From NCBI GenBank assembly GCA_002104905.1, contig MCFE01000284.1, positions 1 through 64,000 of the forward strand: a stretch of DNA of 64,000 nt, written 5' to 3'. Within the stretch, counting starts at the first letter, position 1. The number at the start of each line of letters is the position of its first letter. Positions 1 through 12,400 of the stretch are shown piece by piece. This DNA is from Basidiobolus meristosporus CBS 931.73. Its lineage: Eukaryota > Fungi > Basidiobolomycota. The position numbers were made by a program, and so were the translations under genes. The notes beneath the pieces are model-generated. The model was not told where the DNA came from. It ran no database searches and saw only the letters and a program-made list of their open reading frames with translations.

Positions 1-311
1 CTTGACTCCTTCAATGTAGCATCTTGATCACTTTAAACAGTTCATTATAGAAGCCATCTCATTCTCATGCACTGGATAATTCTGTTCTGCAGAGTTCTGC
101 TTCTTGATTCAAAAGTAACTTGCATAATCCAAAGAATCTGTTTCAAGATTGAATTCTTTTCTGAAGTCAGCTAGGCAAGCTCATTCTTGAGCATTTGAAA
201 GGCAGTCTCACAGGCTATGTCCCACTACAAGGTGTTGCCTCACTTGAGGATATCAAGCAATGAAGCTATAGTACTAGGGAGTATCTGGCAAATATCTGCC
301 GGTAGTATACA
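1..311 (-). mobile_element. Ty3/gypsy RT-RNase H junction remnant
   Basis: The minus strand reads ..LLDILK*GNTL*WDIACETAFQMLKNELA.., matching the RT/RNase H linker of the gypsy element at ~11700-11800. Contains stop codons. Confidence 0.6.
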
Positions 312-680
312 TGTTGCAATTTAAGAAGTGATTTGGATATAAGGAACTTATCAGGAAATAGTGATAATAGTTGAACTGTTGTTTATTAATAAAGAAGCTC
401 AGTATTTATACCTTTGTAGATGTAATACAGCTGCAACACTACGTAAGGAGGGTTTCTCAATATTCAGGAGCATTCTGTAACAGTTTCAGGTTTAGCACAT
501 AATAGTCAGTATTAGTGTTAATTAGATCCTGATTATAGGGGAATAATCATAAGTTCATAGATCTGAAGAAAGTGGTGAAGTTAGAGCTGTAAATTAGGCC
601 TACAGTGACCAAGACTAGTCCACAATTGTTAAGCATATTTTTAGCTGCAGAATGATACCAAATAGTCCAATATTTTAACA
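312..680 (-). repeat. Family 1 LTR (3' LTR of copy A), 369 bp
   Basis: Homologous to 20054-20422, 24089-24457 and 24678-25046. TG..CA ends. The PPT (GAGGGGGAG on minus, 681-689) abuts it. TATAAA box and AATAAA are present in element sense. Confidence 0.93.
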
Positions 681-3635
681 CTCCCCCTCAACTAAATAAT
701 TTCTTAATCCTAATTCCTCTCTGAGATTCTCAAATTGTGGCCTGGATAGTGACTTTGTCAATATATCTGCCACCATTTTGTTAGTTGAGCATTACACTAA
801 CTCTACTAAGTTATTTTCTACAGCTTCCCTCACAAAGTGATGCTGTATATCAATGTGCTTAGTTCTGGCATGATTAGTAGGATTTATAGCTAATGGAATA
901 CAACTTTGATTGTCCTTGTAAATATATGTTAGTTCATCTGAATTAAAACCTAAGTCTTTGAGTAATTTTTGTAGCCATATAGCCTCCCTAGTTGCTTGAC
1001 ATGCAGCCATATATTTGGCTTCAGTTGTAGATAGGGCCACAGTTGGTTGTTTCTTGCAATTGCAAGTAATAGCTGCACCAGCATAAAGAAATACATAGCC
1101 TGTGGTAGAGTGTCTGTCAATCAGATCCCTACCCCAATCTGAATAACTATAACCATCAAACTTTTGCCTATTAGCTGCTCCAGAGTATTCCAGTACCATA
1201 TTTATGGTACCTTGTAGATATCTGAAAATCTGCTTAGCTGCTGCAATTTGATCTGATCCATAATTCTGCATGAACTGACTGACTATTCCAACTGCCACTG
1301 CAATATCTGGATGTGTAGACACCATCAAGTACATTAGGCTACCAACCCTTGATTGATAGGGAAAGTTTTGGTCCATATTTGAGCCGTTTCTTCTATAACT
1401 GGCTGAGATTTGCTTAATTTCAGATTATTGTCTATAGGGGTAGCTGCAGGTTTGCAATTTTCCATTTTGAAGCGTCTAAGAATGTCCCTCATGTACTTAG
1501 ACTGATTCAGCACAATTTTCTGTATAGGTATGTCAAATTTGACCTCAATTCCAAGAAAATAGCTCAATTTTCCAAGATCTTTCATCTCAAACTTGCTGAA
1601 GTGATCTGATTTTGTCTGTATAAGTGCCTCTTGGTCACTTGAAGCTATAATTAGGTTGTCCACATAAAGAACTAGGATGATATCACCCTTTTCAAGCTGT
1701 TTACATATATACTGTGATCTGCATTGCTACAAGAGAACCCAATTTCCTCTAGATATGTGTCAATCTTGTTATACCATGCTCTGGGTGCCTGCTTAAGCCC
1801 ATATAACAATTTTATAAGTTGGAACACCTTATGGGATACTTTTGGATTGGTAAAGCCTTCTGGTTGCTCCATATATATAGTTTCTTGCAAATCCCCATTT
1901 AGAAAGTCTGTTTTGACATCCATTTGGTGTAGATCTAGACTGTGTACAGCTGCCAGGGCTAGAACTGTCCTAATGGAGTCAAACTTGGCAGCCAGAGCAA
2001 ATGTTTCCTTAAAGTCTAGTCCCTGGATCTGGGAATAGACTTAAGCCACCAATCTAGCCTTGTACTTATCAACAGCACCATTTGAGGTTATCTTGATCTT
2101 GTAGACCCATCTACATCCTATTGGCTTTCTCCTGTTTGGTAAATCTACTAGTTCCCACATTTTTGCCTTGATCAGTGATTGGTACTCCTCCTGCATGGCT
2201 TGTTGCCACTTAGTAGCATCTGGACTCTGCATTGCCTGTTCCAGATTTTGGGGTTTGGCACATAAGGCAAGATAAGCTTCTTCATGATGATTGGATGTCT
2301 GCCACCAGGATCCAGGGGCATTTCTTGTTCTGGTAGATCTCCTAACTGGGATAATCTGCTCTGATCTGGAACTGGTGGAAGTATCTTCCATATCTGGCTA
2401 GACTTGGTACGTATCTTCTTCATTAGTGTTGATTGCTTCATCAGGCAGCTGGCCAATGACTTCTGTGACTTTCTGATCTGAATTCTCCTCAAATACAACA
2501 TCCCTGCTCTTGATCAGCTTCTGATTTTTGCCATCATACACTCTATACCGTTTAGTATCTTCACAATACCCAAGAAAGATGCCTTTCCTACTCTTCGGTT
2601 CCAACTTTGAGCGTTATTTGTCAGGGATGTGACAAAAACCATCACCGCCAAAGATCTTGAGGTGCTAGAGATCTGGTTTTTTGCCTGTATATGCTTCAAA
2701 GAGTGTAGAATCATGTGGTGCTGTTGTTGGGCATCTGTTCTTGATATATACAGCGGTAGCAACAGATTCAGCCCATAACCTGTAGTCCATCCCCTTTTCA
2801 TGAAGCATAGATCTTCCCATCTCAACTGTTGTTCTATTTGCACCTTCTGCTACTCCATTTTGCTGTGGAGTATGAGGAACTGTGGTCTGTTAAAGTATAC
2901 CAGTAGACAAGCAGTATTTTGCAAACTCCTTTGAGCAGTATTCTCCTCCATTGTCACTTTGTAGTACCTTCAATTTACACCCAGTTTGTGTTTCTGCCAT
3001 GTTCTTGAAGTGCTTAAACATCTCTTAAGCTTCATTCTTTGTTTTGAGGAAGTACACCCATGTATATCTTGTTTTGTCATCAATAAACGTCATAAAGTAT
3101 CTCTTGGCTCCAAAGGACATTGTTCTCATGCGGCCACATATGTCTGAGTGTACAATAGCCAATATTTTGGTGGTATTGATGCTTTCTAAGCTCTTGAAAC
3201 ATTGCTCAGCTTGTTTGCCATATGAACATCCCTTAAAAACATTCAATTTGATTGGAATTGAGTATTTTAGGTCCAAAACAAGCTGATTTTTCACCAATTG
3301 GCTCATTTTCTGTTCCCTAATGTGTCCTAGCCTCCTATGCCACGTCTCCCAGTTGGTTTCATCAGTTTCAGCAATAATAACATACTCAGGTACAATGATC
3401 TTACATTGTAACTTGTATATATTGTGATCTCTGGTTCCCAAAGCTAATTTTTGTCCATTCTTACTCAATATTGAGCAGCTCATCTTAGTAAAAGCAAATT
3501 TCAGTCCCTGAGCAGTTGCTTTACTGACTGAGAGTAAGTCCTTAGCTATTCCAGGTGCATAGAGTATGTCAGTGAGTCTTGCTGTAGTTGCCCCTGAGTC
3601 ATTGCTCATATTTAGTTGTATAGACCCACTTGCGG

Positions 3636-5175
3636 TGTGGTAAGGTAAACATACCTCCCACAGACAAGTTTACTCATATAGTCATTAGACTTGTCCTGTT
3701 GGATAGTGCCACATTGAGCCATGAGTGCCAAATGATGCCATAGTGTGCCAGGGAGGCTAAGTGAGCCTATACTTGGCTACAGTGTGTGAAACATAGATCT
3801 GCATCTTCATGCAAAGCAGCCCCTGTGTTTCACCCATTGTGTTGGAGAAAATCCATTTTTTGACCTTTTTTTTTATGTCAATGTTGTGCAGGATGTGTAA
3901 GAGCACAAAAGGATTGAAAATATGCATTTGGTACTCAATACCCATGGCACTCTGAATCTAGCTCCTGTGCCTTGTAACAAGTCACAACAATGCATGGCAC
4001 TATCTTGGTCCACTGGTACTATCTGGCACTATAAGTGCTTCGTATAGATCTTACTTTAGGGCTAATAAATAAATATAGTGCCAGATAGTACCAGTGGACC
4101 AAGATAGTGCCATGCATTGTTGTGACTTGTTACAAGCCACAGGAGCTAGATTCAGAGTGCCATGGGTATTGGGTACCTGATGCATGTCTTCAGTTCTTCT
4201 GTGCTCTTACACATCCTGCATAACATTGATCCACAAAAAAACGTCAAAAAATGGATTTTCTCCTGCATCATAGGTGAAACACAGGGGCTGCTTTGCATGA
4301 AGATGCAGATACATGTTTCACACTCTGTGGCCAAGTATAGGCTCACTTGGCCTCTCTGGCACACTATGGCATCATTTGGCACTCATGGCTCAATGTGGCA
4401 CTATCCAACAGAACAAGTCTATTATGATATACTTATCCATATTTTATCTTATCAGTATTATCCCATTCTTCTTTTGCCCATATTATTAGTACTATCCCCA
4501 TATGATGTTACCCTGATTAGTTATTAGCATTAGTTATCCCAGATGTTATTCAGCTTTGTGATCAGTATATGTATCTACATAAGGCAAGTACCCATGTCAG
4601 TACCTGTGACACATGACCTAAGTCTGTGTTACCAATCCTACCATTTCAGTACCATATATGGTATTTCCATGTTGCACAGGTTTCAGACTATTGATTGCTG
4701 ATTGGTTGAATGTGCTGTGCCTTTTAGAACCTTCCAGGACATTCTTGGCATATTTTTAGCTCATAGTGATGTCATCAATAATTCCACTGATACCTAGAAT
4801 CTTCTAGATCCTTGTCATTAGTAATCACTTGGCAATCAGTAGAAGTATTTAAGGGAAAGCCATCCCTCATCAATAAATCATCCCTTCTATCAGTAACACT
4901 TGTACCTTATTGATTAGCAGTTGATCACTGCACCTGCCTTCAACAGTACATCTCAGACCTGTCATCAAGGTGCTTTTCAGGGTAGTGCACAAGACACACA
5001 GAGGCCTTTGGAGACACTTGGAGCACCTAGGAAGCTAGAGAAGCAGGAGCTTTTACCATAGTGACATATTGACCAAGACATCAGCAGTTTAGACACAGAG
5101 GTTATTGCACCCGTCAGACACCTCACACACCTTGAGTTGTGTAGCTTCTCTCAGGAGTACCTCTACACCACCACA
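3636..5175 (+). mobile_element. ~800-bp solo-LTR-like element (TGTGGT..ACCACA) inserted in copia A, itself containing the foldback element
   Basis: Interrupts the copia protease region, which resumes at 5176. Flanks GCGG/GCAG give a 4-bp TSD with one mismatch. A second copy lies inverted at 28374-29147. Confidence 0.8.
3687..4420. mobile_element. 734-bp foldback/MITE-like element, copy 1
   Basis: Arms 3687-4033 and 4074-4420 (347 bp each) are reverse complements around a 40-bp spacer. Ends AGACTTG..CAAGTCT; ATT at 3684-3686 and 4421-4423. The homologous empty site at ~29095-29105 (minus) has a single ATT. Confidence 0.92.
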
Positions 5176-5983
5176 GCAGTAGCTTCCAGAGCAGAGTTAT
5201 CTCCTATATACACTTTTCTTACAGGAATAGTTTTTAAGTTGCTGAACCACTCCTTTTTACCACAAATATGCTGTGAAGCTCCAGAGTCAATATACCATTC
5301 ATTACTTTGGTTACATGCACTCTCTTGTACGGTTACAAATAACAGCTCATCAGTAGTTATTTGGTTTGCCTGCTCTAGTTTCTGTTTTTTGTCTGCTTGT
5401 TTCTTCTTGCATTCTCTTGCCCAGTGTCATGGCTTTTTACAATACTTGCAGCAACCAGGTTTTCTTTGGTTTGGTTGTTTTCCCTTCTTTTCAGAGTGCC
5501 TTTCTGAACTGAATAAAACATTATCATCAATTTTCTCTGCTTGATCATTATGTCTGAGTTCTTCATGAAGAAGTCTTCCTTTGAGAAGCCTAAAGTCAAG
5601 TTGTCTTCTCTGCTTTCAAAAGACAGTATGAGTAGCTCATACTTGTCTGGTAGTCTGCAAAGCAGACAGAGTATCTTTTCTTTATCATCTACACCAGCAT
5701 TAATACTGTAAAGTTCTTCTGCAAGTGTCTGCATTAAGACATCAAGTAAGGAGGGTTTCTCAATATTCAGGAGCATTCTGTAACAGTTTCAGGGCTAGTA
5801 CATAATAGTTAGTATTAGTGCTAATTTGATCCTGACCATAGGGGAATAATTATAAGATCATAGATCTGAAGAAAGTAGCAAAGTTACAGCTGTAAATTAG
5901 TCCCAAAGTGACCAAGACTAGTCCTGAATTGTTAAGTAAATTCTTAGCTGCAGAATGATACCAAATAGTCCAATATTTCAACA

Positions 5984-6820
5984 TACCATTCCATGACTTC
6001 ATCTCTTTCAGTTTCAATGCACTCATCTTCTAAGATTTCTTGCTCACTGGGGTGCTATCTCCTGTATCAATGGCATGATCCACTTCTCTTAGTGATGGTG
6101 GGCTTCCAAGGTCATTGTGAAAAATATTATAAATTATGACTAAGTACTATTTATGTCCATATCTGGTCCTGAATGCAGTCTTAGAGATATCTATTATTTC
6201 CAGCCAATCTGTCTGTATCATGACAGGAGGTCAGTTTTGCTGAATATGGTGGCTCCATTAAGTTGGTCCAATAGCTGATCAATCCAGGGTATGGGGTACA
6301 TACTTGTCATGGTAACTAAGCTTGGTGCTCTGTAGCTAATGCACATTATGAATGCTCTGTTCTTCTTCTTCATAACAGGTACTGTTGCTCATCAAGGTGT
6401 CTAGCTTGGCATGACATATAGTTGCTCCAATCACTTATCAATTGATTGCTTTGTCTGTTCTAACTCCAATGGACTCATCCTCTAATGTAAATGAAATAAA
6501 GTCCTTTATTTTTAATTTCTTTGGTGCTTGAATTCATCTGCCTAGAGTCTATTTCCTTTGGCATAGCTTTTGATTGTCTGCTTTCATAGTGATTGTAACT
6601 TCTCTAATTAGTCAGGGTACGCTTTCCAACCCCAAATATAATTGAGTCATAGTCAATGGCAATATTGATGGCTTGTTTGATAGTCTGAGGTCTTTAGTAA
6701 TATACTTTCTTGCAAGTTCTTTCTTTCAACCAATCATAAGAGTATTCAGCTTGATCACAGGGGTCAATTCTTTCAGTCTGTACAAGTAGATATGTATACT
6801 CAGAGATGTGTACTTGAGCC
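5984..6820 (-). mobile_element. Scrambled Ty3/gypsy protease/RT remnants
   Basis: The minus strand gives ..PPSLREVDHAIDTGDSTPVSKK.. and ..DISKTAFRTRYGH.., homologous to 10890-11300. Confidence 0.65.
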
Positions 6821-6823
6821 ATT

Positions 6824-7211
6824 AGACTTGTTTAATTGGATAGTGCCACATTAAGCCATGAGTGCTAAATGATGCCAAAGTGTACCAGGGAGGCAAGTGG
6901 ACCTGTACCTGGCCACAGAGTATGAAGTATAGTTATAAACTGTCATGCTTAGAAGTCCCTGTGTATCATCCATAATGCCAGAAAAAATCTATTTCTACCC
7001 TTTTTGGGATGAATGTTGTACAAGATGTGTAAGAAGACAGTAGGACTGAAGACATGCATCTAGTACTCAATACCCATGGCACTCTGAATCTAGTTCCTGT
7101 GGCTTGTAAGATGTCACAAAATACATGAAACTATCTTGGTCAACTGGTACTATCTGGCACTATAAGTGTTTGTATAGGCTTTACTTTAGGGCTGGTATTT
7201 AAACATAGTGC
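6824..7211. mobile_element. Foldback element, truncated and older copy 2 (one arm, spacer and the first bases of arm 2)
   Basis: Begins ATT|AGACTTG and aligns with 3687-4080, with more substitutions than copies 1 and 3. Confidence 0.85.
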
Positions 7212-7892
7212 TAACTGTGTTCATTCTCTACTCTTTCTTACTTGGTGTGTAGAGTGCAACACACCATGCTTCATTTGATAGGAGTTTCCTGTGTTAAGGA
7301 GGCTTGGTAATATACACAGAAAAGTCTCATTGGAGATACTGCCATATCATCAAGTCATCAACAAATAACCTTTAAGTCTACCATGAATGTGATGAGTTGG
7401 CATATCAAAGACAGTTGGTAAAGGTTGTATATAACTGAACATGAATGTGCACATGGAGACACCAACGTCTTTGTCATTACCATGTTGATCCGTCTTAATG
7501 CATGGATAAACAGCATCTAAGGTCAGAATAGTTTGGGCTTGACACTATATAAATTGGTAGTTTTTGGGGCAACTTTATCAAAGTTTGCAAGATATGTTTT
7601 GGGTATAAGCCGGTTATATACCTTCCCGTATAGAATTGCAACAAGAATGCCCCAGAGTGCACATACCTAAGGGGATAGACACCAGCATGGAGAAAAAACT
7701 TTTTGCAAAGTCATGAAAAGTATTCTGTAAGTAATTTAGTAGCATTCATGGTGGAGGTAGCAGCAGCCAAGGGTATGTTGAGAAGATGTGTACACAACTA
7801 GCAATGCATGCATATGACAAATATGCAAGTATCACACCAAAAAGCAGTAAAACCAAAGTGAAAGAAGTGTTCCCTTTGCATTAAGTGTGCAT

Positions 7893-8263
7893 GTGTTACT
7901 AGTCTTAATATAACAGTTGTAAAGGTATAGGTAGTTTAGCTAGTATTGTATTCACCTAAACCTGGACTGATTTTTATTGAGGTTCCAGCAGCTCCTTGTA
8001 TACATTATGACAGATCAATTGCTGACTAGTTCACTTACCTATTGTTGGTTGTGGCTGATGAATTTTTTGATTGAATCATCATCAACCAATTAGATTGTAC
8101 TTAATGTATTGATATATGTCTGATAAGGATCAGCTGATTTATTTATTGACTAATACCAATGATCTGATAGATAATACTCATCTAGTGATAGGCTAAACAT
8201 AAAACTAATTGATTTGACTAGAACTGATCTAACTTAAATATACAAGCAGTAGGTCATAATACA
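7893..8263 (-). repeat. Gypsy solo LTR (same family as the G1 LTRs)
   Basis: The reverse complement aligns with 9457-9824 (e.g. GAGGTTCCAGCAGCTCC). No TSD readable. Confidence 0.75.
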
Positions 8264-9104
8264 AGAATCTAATGGATAGTAAGCCAGAGGCCATAATTCT
8301 ATTGTGTTACAGCATGTACAAACTATTCATGACTATATTGGATGAGCAATCATAGATGCATGACTGATGAGTGCAACTAATGAATGGCATAAGGGGGAGA
8401 GTAAACAATTCAAGTACCAAGATATGATATGATTTTGTGGCATGCTACAGTGTTAGCTGCAGGCTGCCATGGTAATGCCAATGGAGGTATAAACAAAGTT
8501 TGCCATAACATTGTTAAGCTCTTTGGCACATACTTAATTGCATATACTTGCCAGTTTGCCTGTCTCAGGCATAGGTAGACCACCACAGGTCTGTTGTCAT
8601 GCCATGCAAGTGTTGCCAAAAACACATCAAAACACCAATGAACTTTATACTGCATCATGCAGCAATGACAGCAAAGCACTATTATCATCCTGCCATGGCA
8701 TTGCAAAGAGTTCTTAAAGTCCAGATAACATGATGGCAGCCTCAGCACAAAATGCCAGAAGCAATTCAGATAAGGGCTAATCAGACAATCAAGTTAATTC
8801 TTTAAAGTAAAGTTTCTGAGTCACAAGTTTGTAAGATACAGGATGCTATATAGTGCAATATTATCAGTGGGCCATTGCTGACAGGGCTGTATGAAGTCAG
8901 CCATACAATGACCTAAAGGCTAGCATGCTAGAACACTATTGGGATCTATAGGCCTGGCAGAAAGCACTTTGCCTATGCTATCACACAATATTGAGCACAA
9001 GTAAGCCAATAGGCTTTAAGCCTGCACAGCAATGCCATGAGCCTATCTCAAGATAGAGTAGGGACTAGAACAGTGTAGGAATTTGGGTGCAAGAGTGGTG
9101 ATTC

Positions 9105-9456
9105 TGCTAGAATATTGAGTTGTTTGGTATCATTAAGCAGCTAAACATTTACTTATCAATTCTGGACTAATCTTGCTCACTACAGGACTAACTTACCGCC
9201 CTAATCTTGCCATCTTCTTCAGATCATTGATCTGATGACTATTTGTTTGTAGTGAATGTCAAATTAGCACTTTCACCAAATATTATGTACTAACCCTCAA
9301 GCTGTTATAAAATGCTCTTGAGTGTAGAGAAGTCATCTTTACTTAGTGCTACAGTTTCACACTTCTACAAAGGTATAAATACCAAGCTTCTTTACAAATA
9401 AACAGCAGTTTGACTATAACCATTATTTCTTGATAAGTTCCTTGTGTCCAATACAC
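9105..9456 (+). repeat. Old copia family 1-like solo LTR, interrupted near its 3' end by gypsy G1
   Basis: Shares TTTGGTATCATT..GCAGCT, CTTACTTAGTG, GGTATAAATAC and TTCTTGATAAGTTCC with the family 1 LTR. Confidence 0.75.
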
Positions 9457-12400
9457 TGTTAAGATCTACTGCTTGAATGCTCAAGCTAGATCAGTGGTTA
9501 GTCAAATCAATCAGTTATATGTTTGGCTTATCATTATATCAGTATTAACTATCAAATTAGTAGAATTAGTCAGCAAATGAATCAGCACATCCTCATTAGA
9601 CAGAAGTAGATATATTAAGTAGGATCTTATTGGGTAATGATGATGCAATCAAATGGGTCATTGGCCACAATTTACATTAGGAAATACAATTAGTCAGCAA
9701 TTGATCTGGCATAATGTATATAAGGAGCTGCTGGAACCTCAATAAAAATCAGTTCAAGTTCAGTGAATATAATACTAGCTAAACTCCCAATTCCTCTACA
9801 ACTCTTATACCAGCACTTGTTACATTGGTAGCAGCAGTAACCAGAAACCTCCCCCCAAAGAAAGAAGAAGCCTCCCTCAAGATGTTCAAAAATCAAGAAT
9901 GGAAGAATGCTAAGCAGCAAATCCTGGTCTAGCAGCAACATTTACCTCAAATCCTTAGCCAGCAGCCTTAAGGAATGACTACCATGACCCAAAGCCAGCA
10001 AAACCCTGTCAAGAGCAACTTTAGTGTGAAGGTTAACTGGTACCATGGTAGAGTCAGTGAAAACCTGCGAATTTGGCTCTTCCAGATTGAGCAAGCTTTC
10101 AAGGCTAAGGGAATTGCTCCCAAAAGCAAGTTGCATTATGCAGCCACTTACCTGGTAGATGCAGCTTTACAGTGGTACCACCACAAGATCAGGTCAGCCA
10201 CCATGATGGGATGCTCTACAATCTCTACCTGGGATGAGTTTGTGTTGAAATTCAAGATGCCTTTGAACCTCCCCACCAACAGACACTACTAAGAAGAAAG
10301 TTGTAGACACTCAGAAAGGAATGGTCCAAGAATACAGCTATTATTATAGATGTTAACTAGGACAAATTGAAAGAATTGACCCTTTGGATCAAGTTGAATA
10401 CTTTATTGATGGGTTGAAAGAAAAAACTTGTAAAGTAGTGAATTATGAGACCTCAGACTATTGAAGAAGCCATCAAGATTGGCATTGACTATGACTCAGC
10501 AGTATTTAGAGCTGGGAAGCTCACAATGACTAATCACAGAGGCTACAATCACTACTAAAAAAGACAATCAGAAGCAGTGCTAATGACAATAGATGCTTTG
10601 CAGAAGAATCCTGCCTCAGAAGAATGTAATATGAAAGGACTTTGCTTTAATTGCCACCAGCAGGGACATATTGCAGAGTATTGTCCCCAGAGAAGAAATG
10701 GACTCCAGCCGTCAAGAACCTTCAGCCATATTGAAGCCCTGGAGCATAGTAACATGGATGATCAGCTTGAAAAAGACTCAGAACTCACCTTCCATATGAC
10801 AGAAGAACACCTATCCTGGATGACCTCAAACTCAGCAAAGCTAATATACTTGAATGGAGTAATCATTGGAGTACCTGCCAGATGAGCTTGTAAGCCTACC
10901 ACCAGTCAGAGACATGGATCGTGACATTGAAACAGGGAATAGCCCTCCAGTGAGTAAGACACCTTACAGAATGAGTCCATTGGAGTTGGAAGAGATGAAG
11001 AGACAAATAGATCAGTTACTGGAGCAAGGATATATCAGACCCAGCAAGTCACCTTAGGGAGCACCAGTACTTTTTGTCAAGAAGAAGGATGAAGCACCTA
11101 GGATGTGCATTGACTACAGTGCCCTCAACTAAGTTATTGTGAGGAATAAGTACCCCATACCTTGAATTGATGAGCTTTTTGACCAACTCAATTGCGCCAC
11201 TATATTCAGCAAAATTAAACTTGTGTCAAGATACAAACTAAATGAGTGAAGCCAGAAGACATCCCTAAGACAGCATTCAGGACCAGATGTGGACATTACA
11301 AGCACTAGTCATGAGTTTTGGCCTCACCAATGCCCCTGCAACATTCATAACCCTGATGCAGACTGTCTTTCAGGAGTACCTAGACAAGTTTGTGATAATC
11401 TACCTAGATGATATATTGATAAACATCAAGACAGAAGAGGATCACTGGGTGCACATTGAAAAGGTCTTGAAGAAGCTAAGAGAGAACAAGCTTTATGGCA
11501 AGCTTCCCAAGTGTGAAATCTTCAAGGAACACACTGAATATCTGGGACACATAGTGAACAGCACAGGAGTAACCTTAGACCCTAAGAGGGTTGAAGTTAT
11601 CAAGAATCTGAAGCAGCCCCATAGCATAGCAGAGCTCTGACCATTCCTTAGAATGGTCTCCTATTGTTGGAGATTTGTCAGGTCCTTGGCAAGTATTGCA
11701 ACCCATTTGACTGATATCCTCAAGAAAGACAATACCTAAATGTGGGACATAGCTTATGAGACTGCCTTTTAGATGCTCAGGAATGAACTTGCTAAGCTAC
11801 CAGGCTTATAAATCCCAGACTCCAGAAAAGAGTTCACTCTGTGTACAGATGCTTCAGACTATGCAATTGGTAGAGTGCTGAGCCAAGACCACAAGGAAAA
11901 GGACTACCTAGTTGCCTTTAAATCCAAGAAACTGAACTCAGTAGAACAATACTACCAAGTGCATGAGAAGGAGATGCTTGCTATAATTCACTGCTTGAAG
12001 ACATGGGGATGCTATATTGAAGGAGTCAAATGCTCTGTGAAGACTGATCATGCCTCTCTCAAGCATATATTTCCTGAGAAGGTACTCTCTGGAAGAATAA
12101 CAAGATGGAGTGAATACATTCAGCAATATGATTTAGAGATTGTCTGCTGCGCTGGGAAAAGCTACACGGTAGCTGATGCCTTGTCAAGATTAGCACAAGT
12201 TGTACAACTCAACTTGGTGGATGAAACAGATTGGCCTAGCCTATTACAAAAGTACTTGGAGGCCCAAGCCATTCCCAATGAGGTGGATGAAGAGACCAAG
12301 AAGATAATCTGGGATGAAGCCAGCAAATTTGTAGTACAGGATGAAACACTCTACCAACTTGTTGATGAAAGCCCTATCATCTATTGTCCTTATGTTGCTT

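Larger units (their letters stand above)
312..5983 (-). mobile_element. Ty1/copia family 1, copy A (decayed; 5' LTR fused to mid-gag; carries the insertion at 3636-5175)
   Basis: 3' LTR at 312-680 (TG..CA) followed by PPT. Fragmented ORFs cover RNase H (YSYSDWG, HARTKHIDIQHHFVRE), RT (MDVKTDFLNG, YKARLVA), integrase (VHSDICG, FIDDKTRY), GAG-pre-integrase (WHRRLGH) and gag (5375-5776). Partial 5' LTR at 5739-5983. No convincing TSD. Confidence 0.92.

Noticed and set aside
3757-4527. ORFs of 62-121 aa inside the foldback element (also 42565-43230)
   Set aside because: They occur on both arms only because the arms are inverted copies. No transposase motif, and the length varies with flanking sequence.
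307-5988. TSD for copia copy A
   Set aside because: Flanks ATACA and TACCA do not match, and the two flanking gypsy fragments are not colinear.
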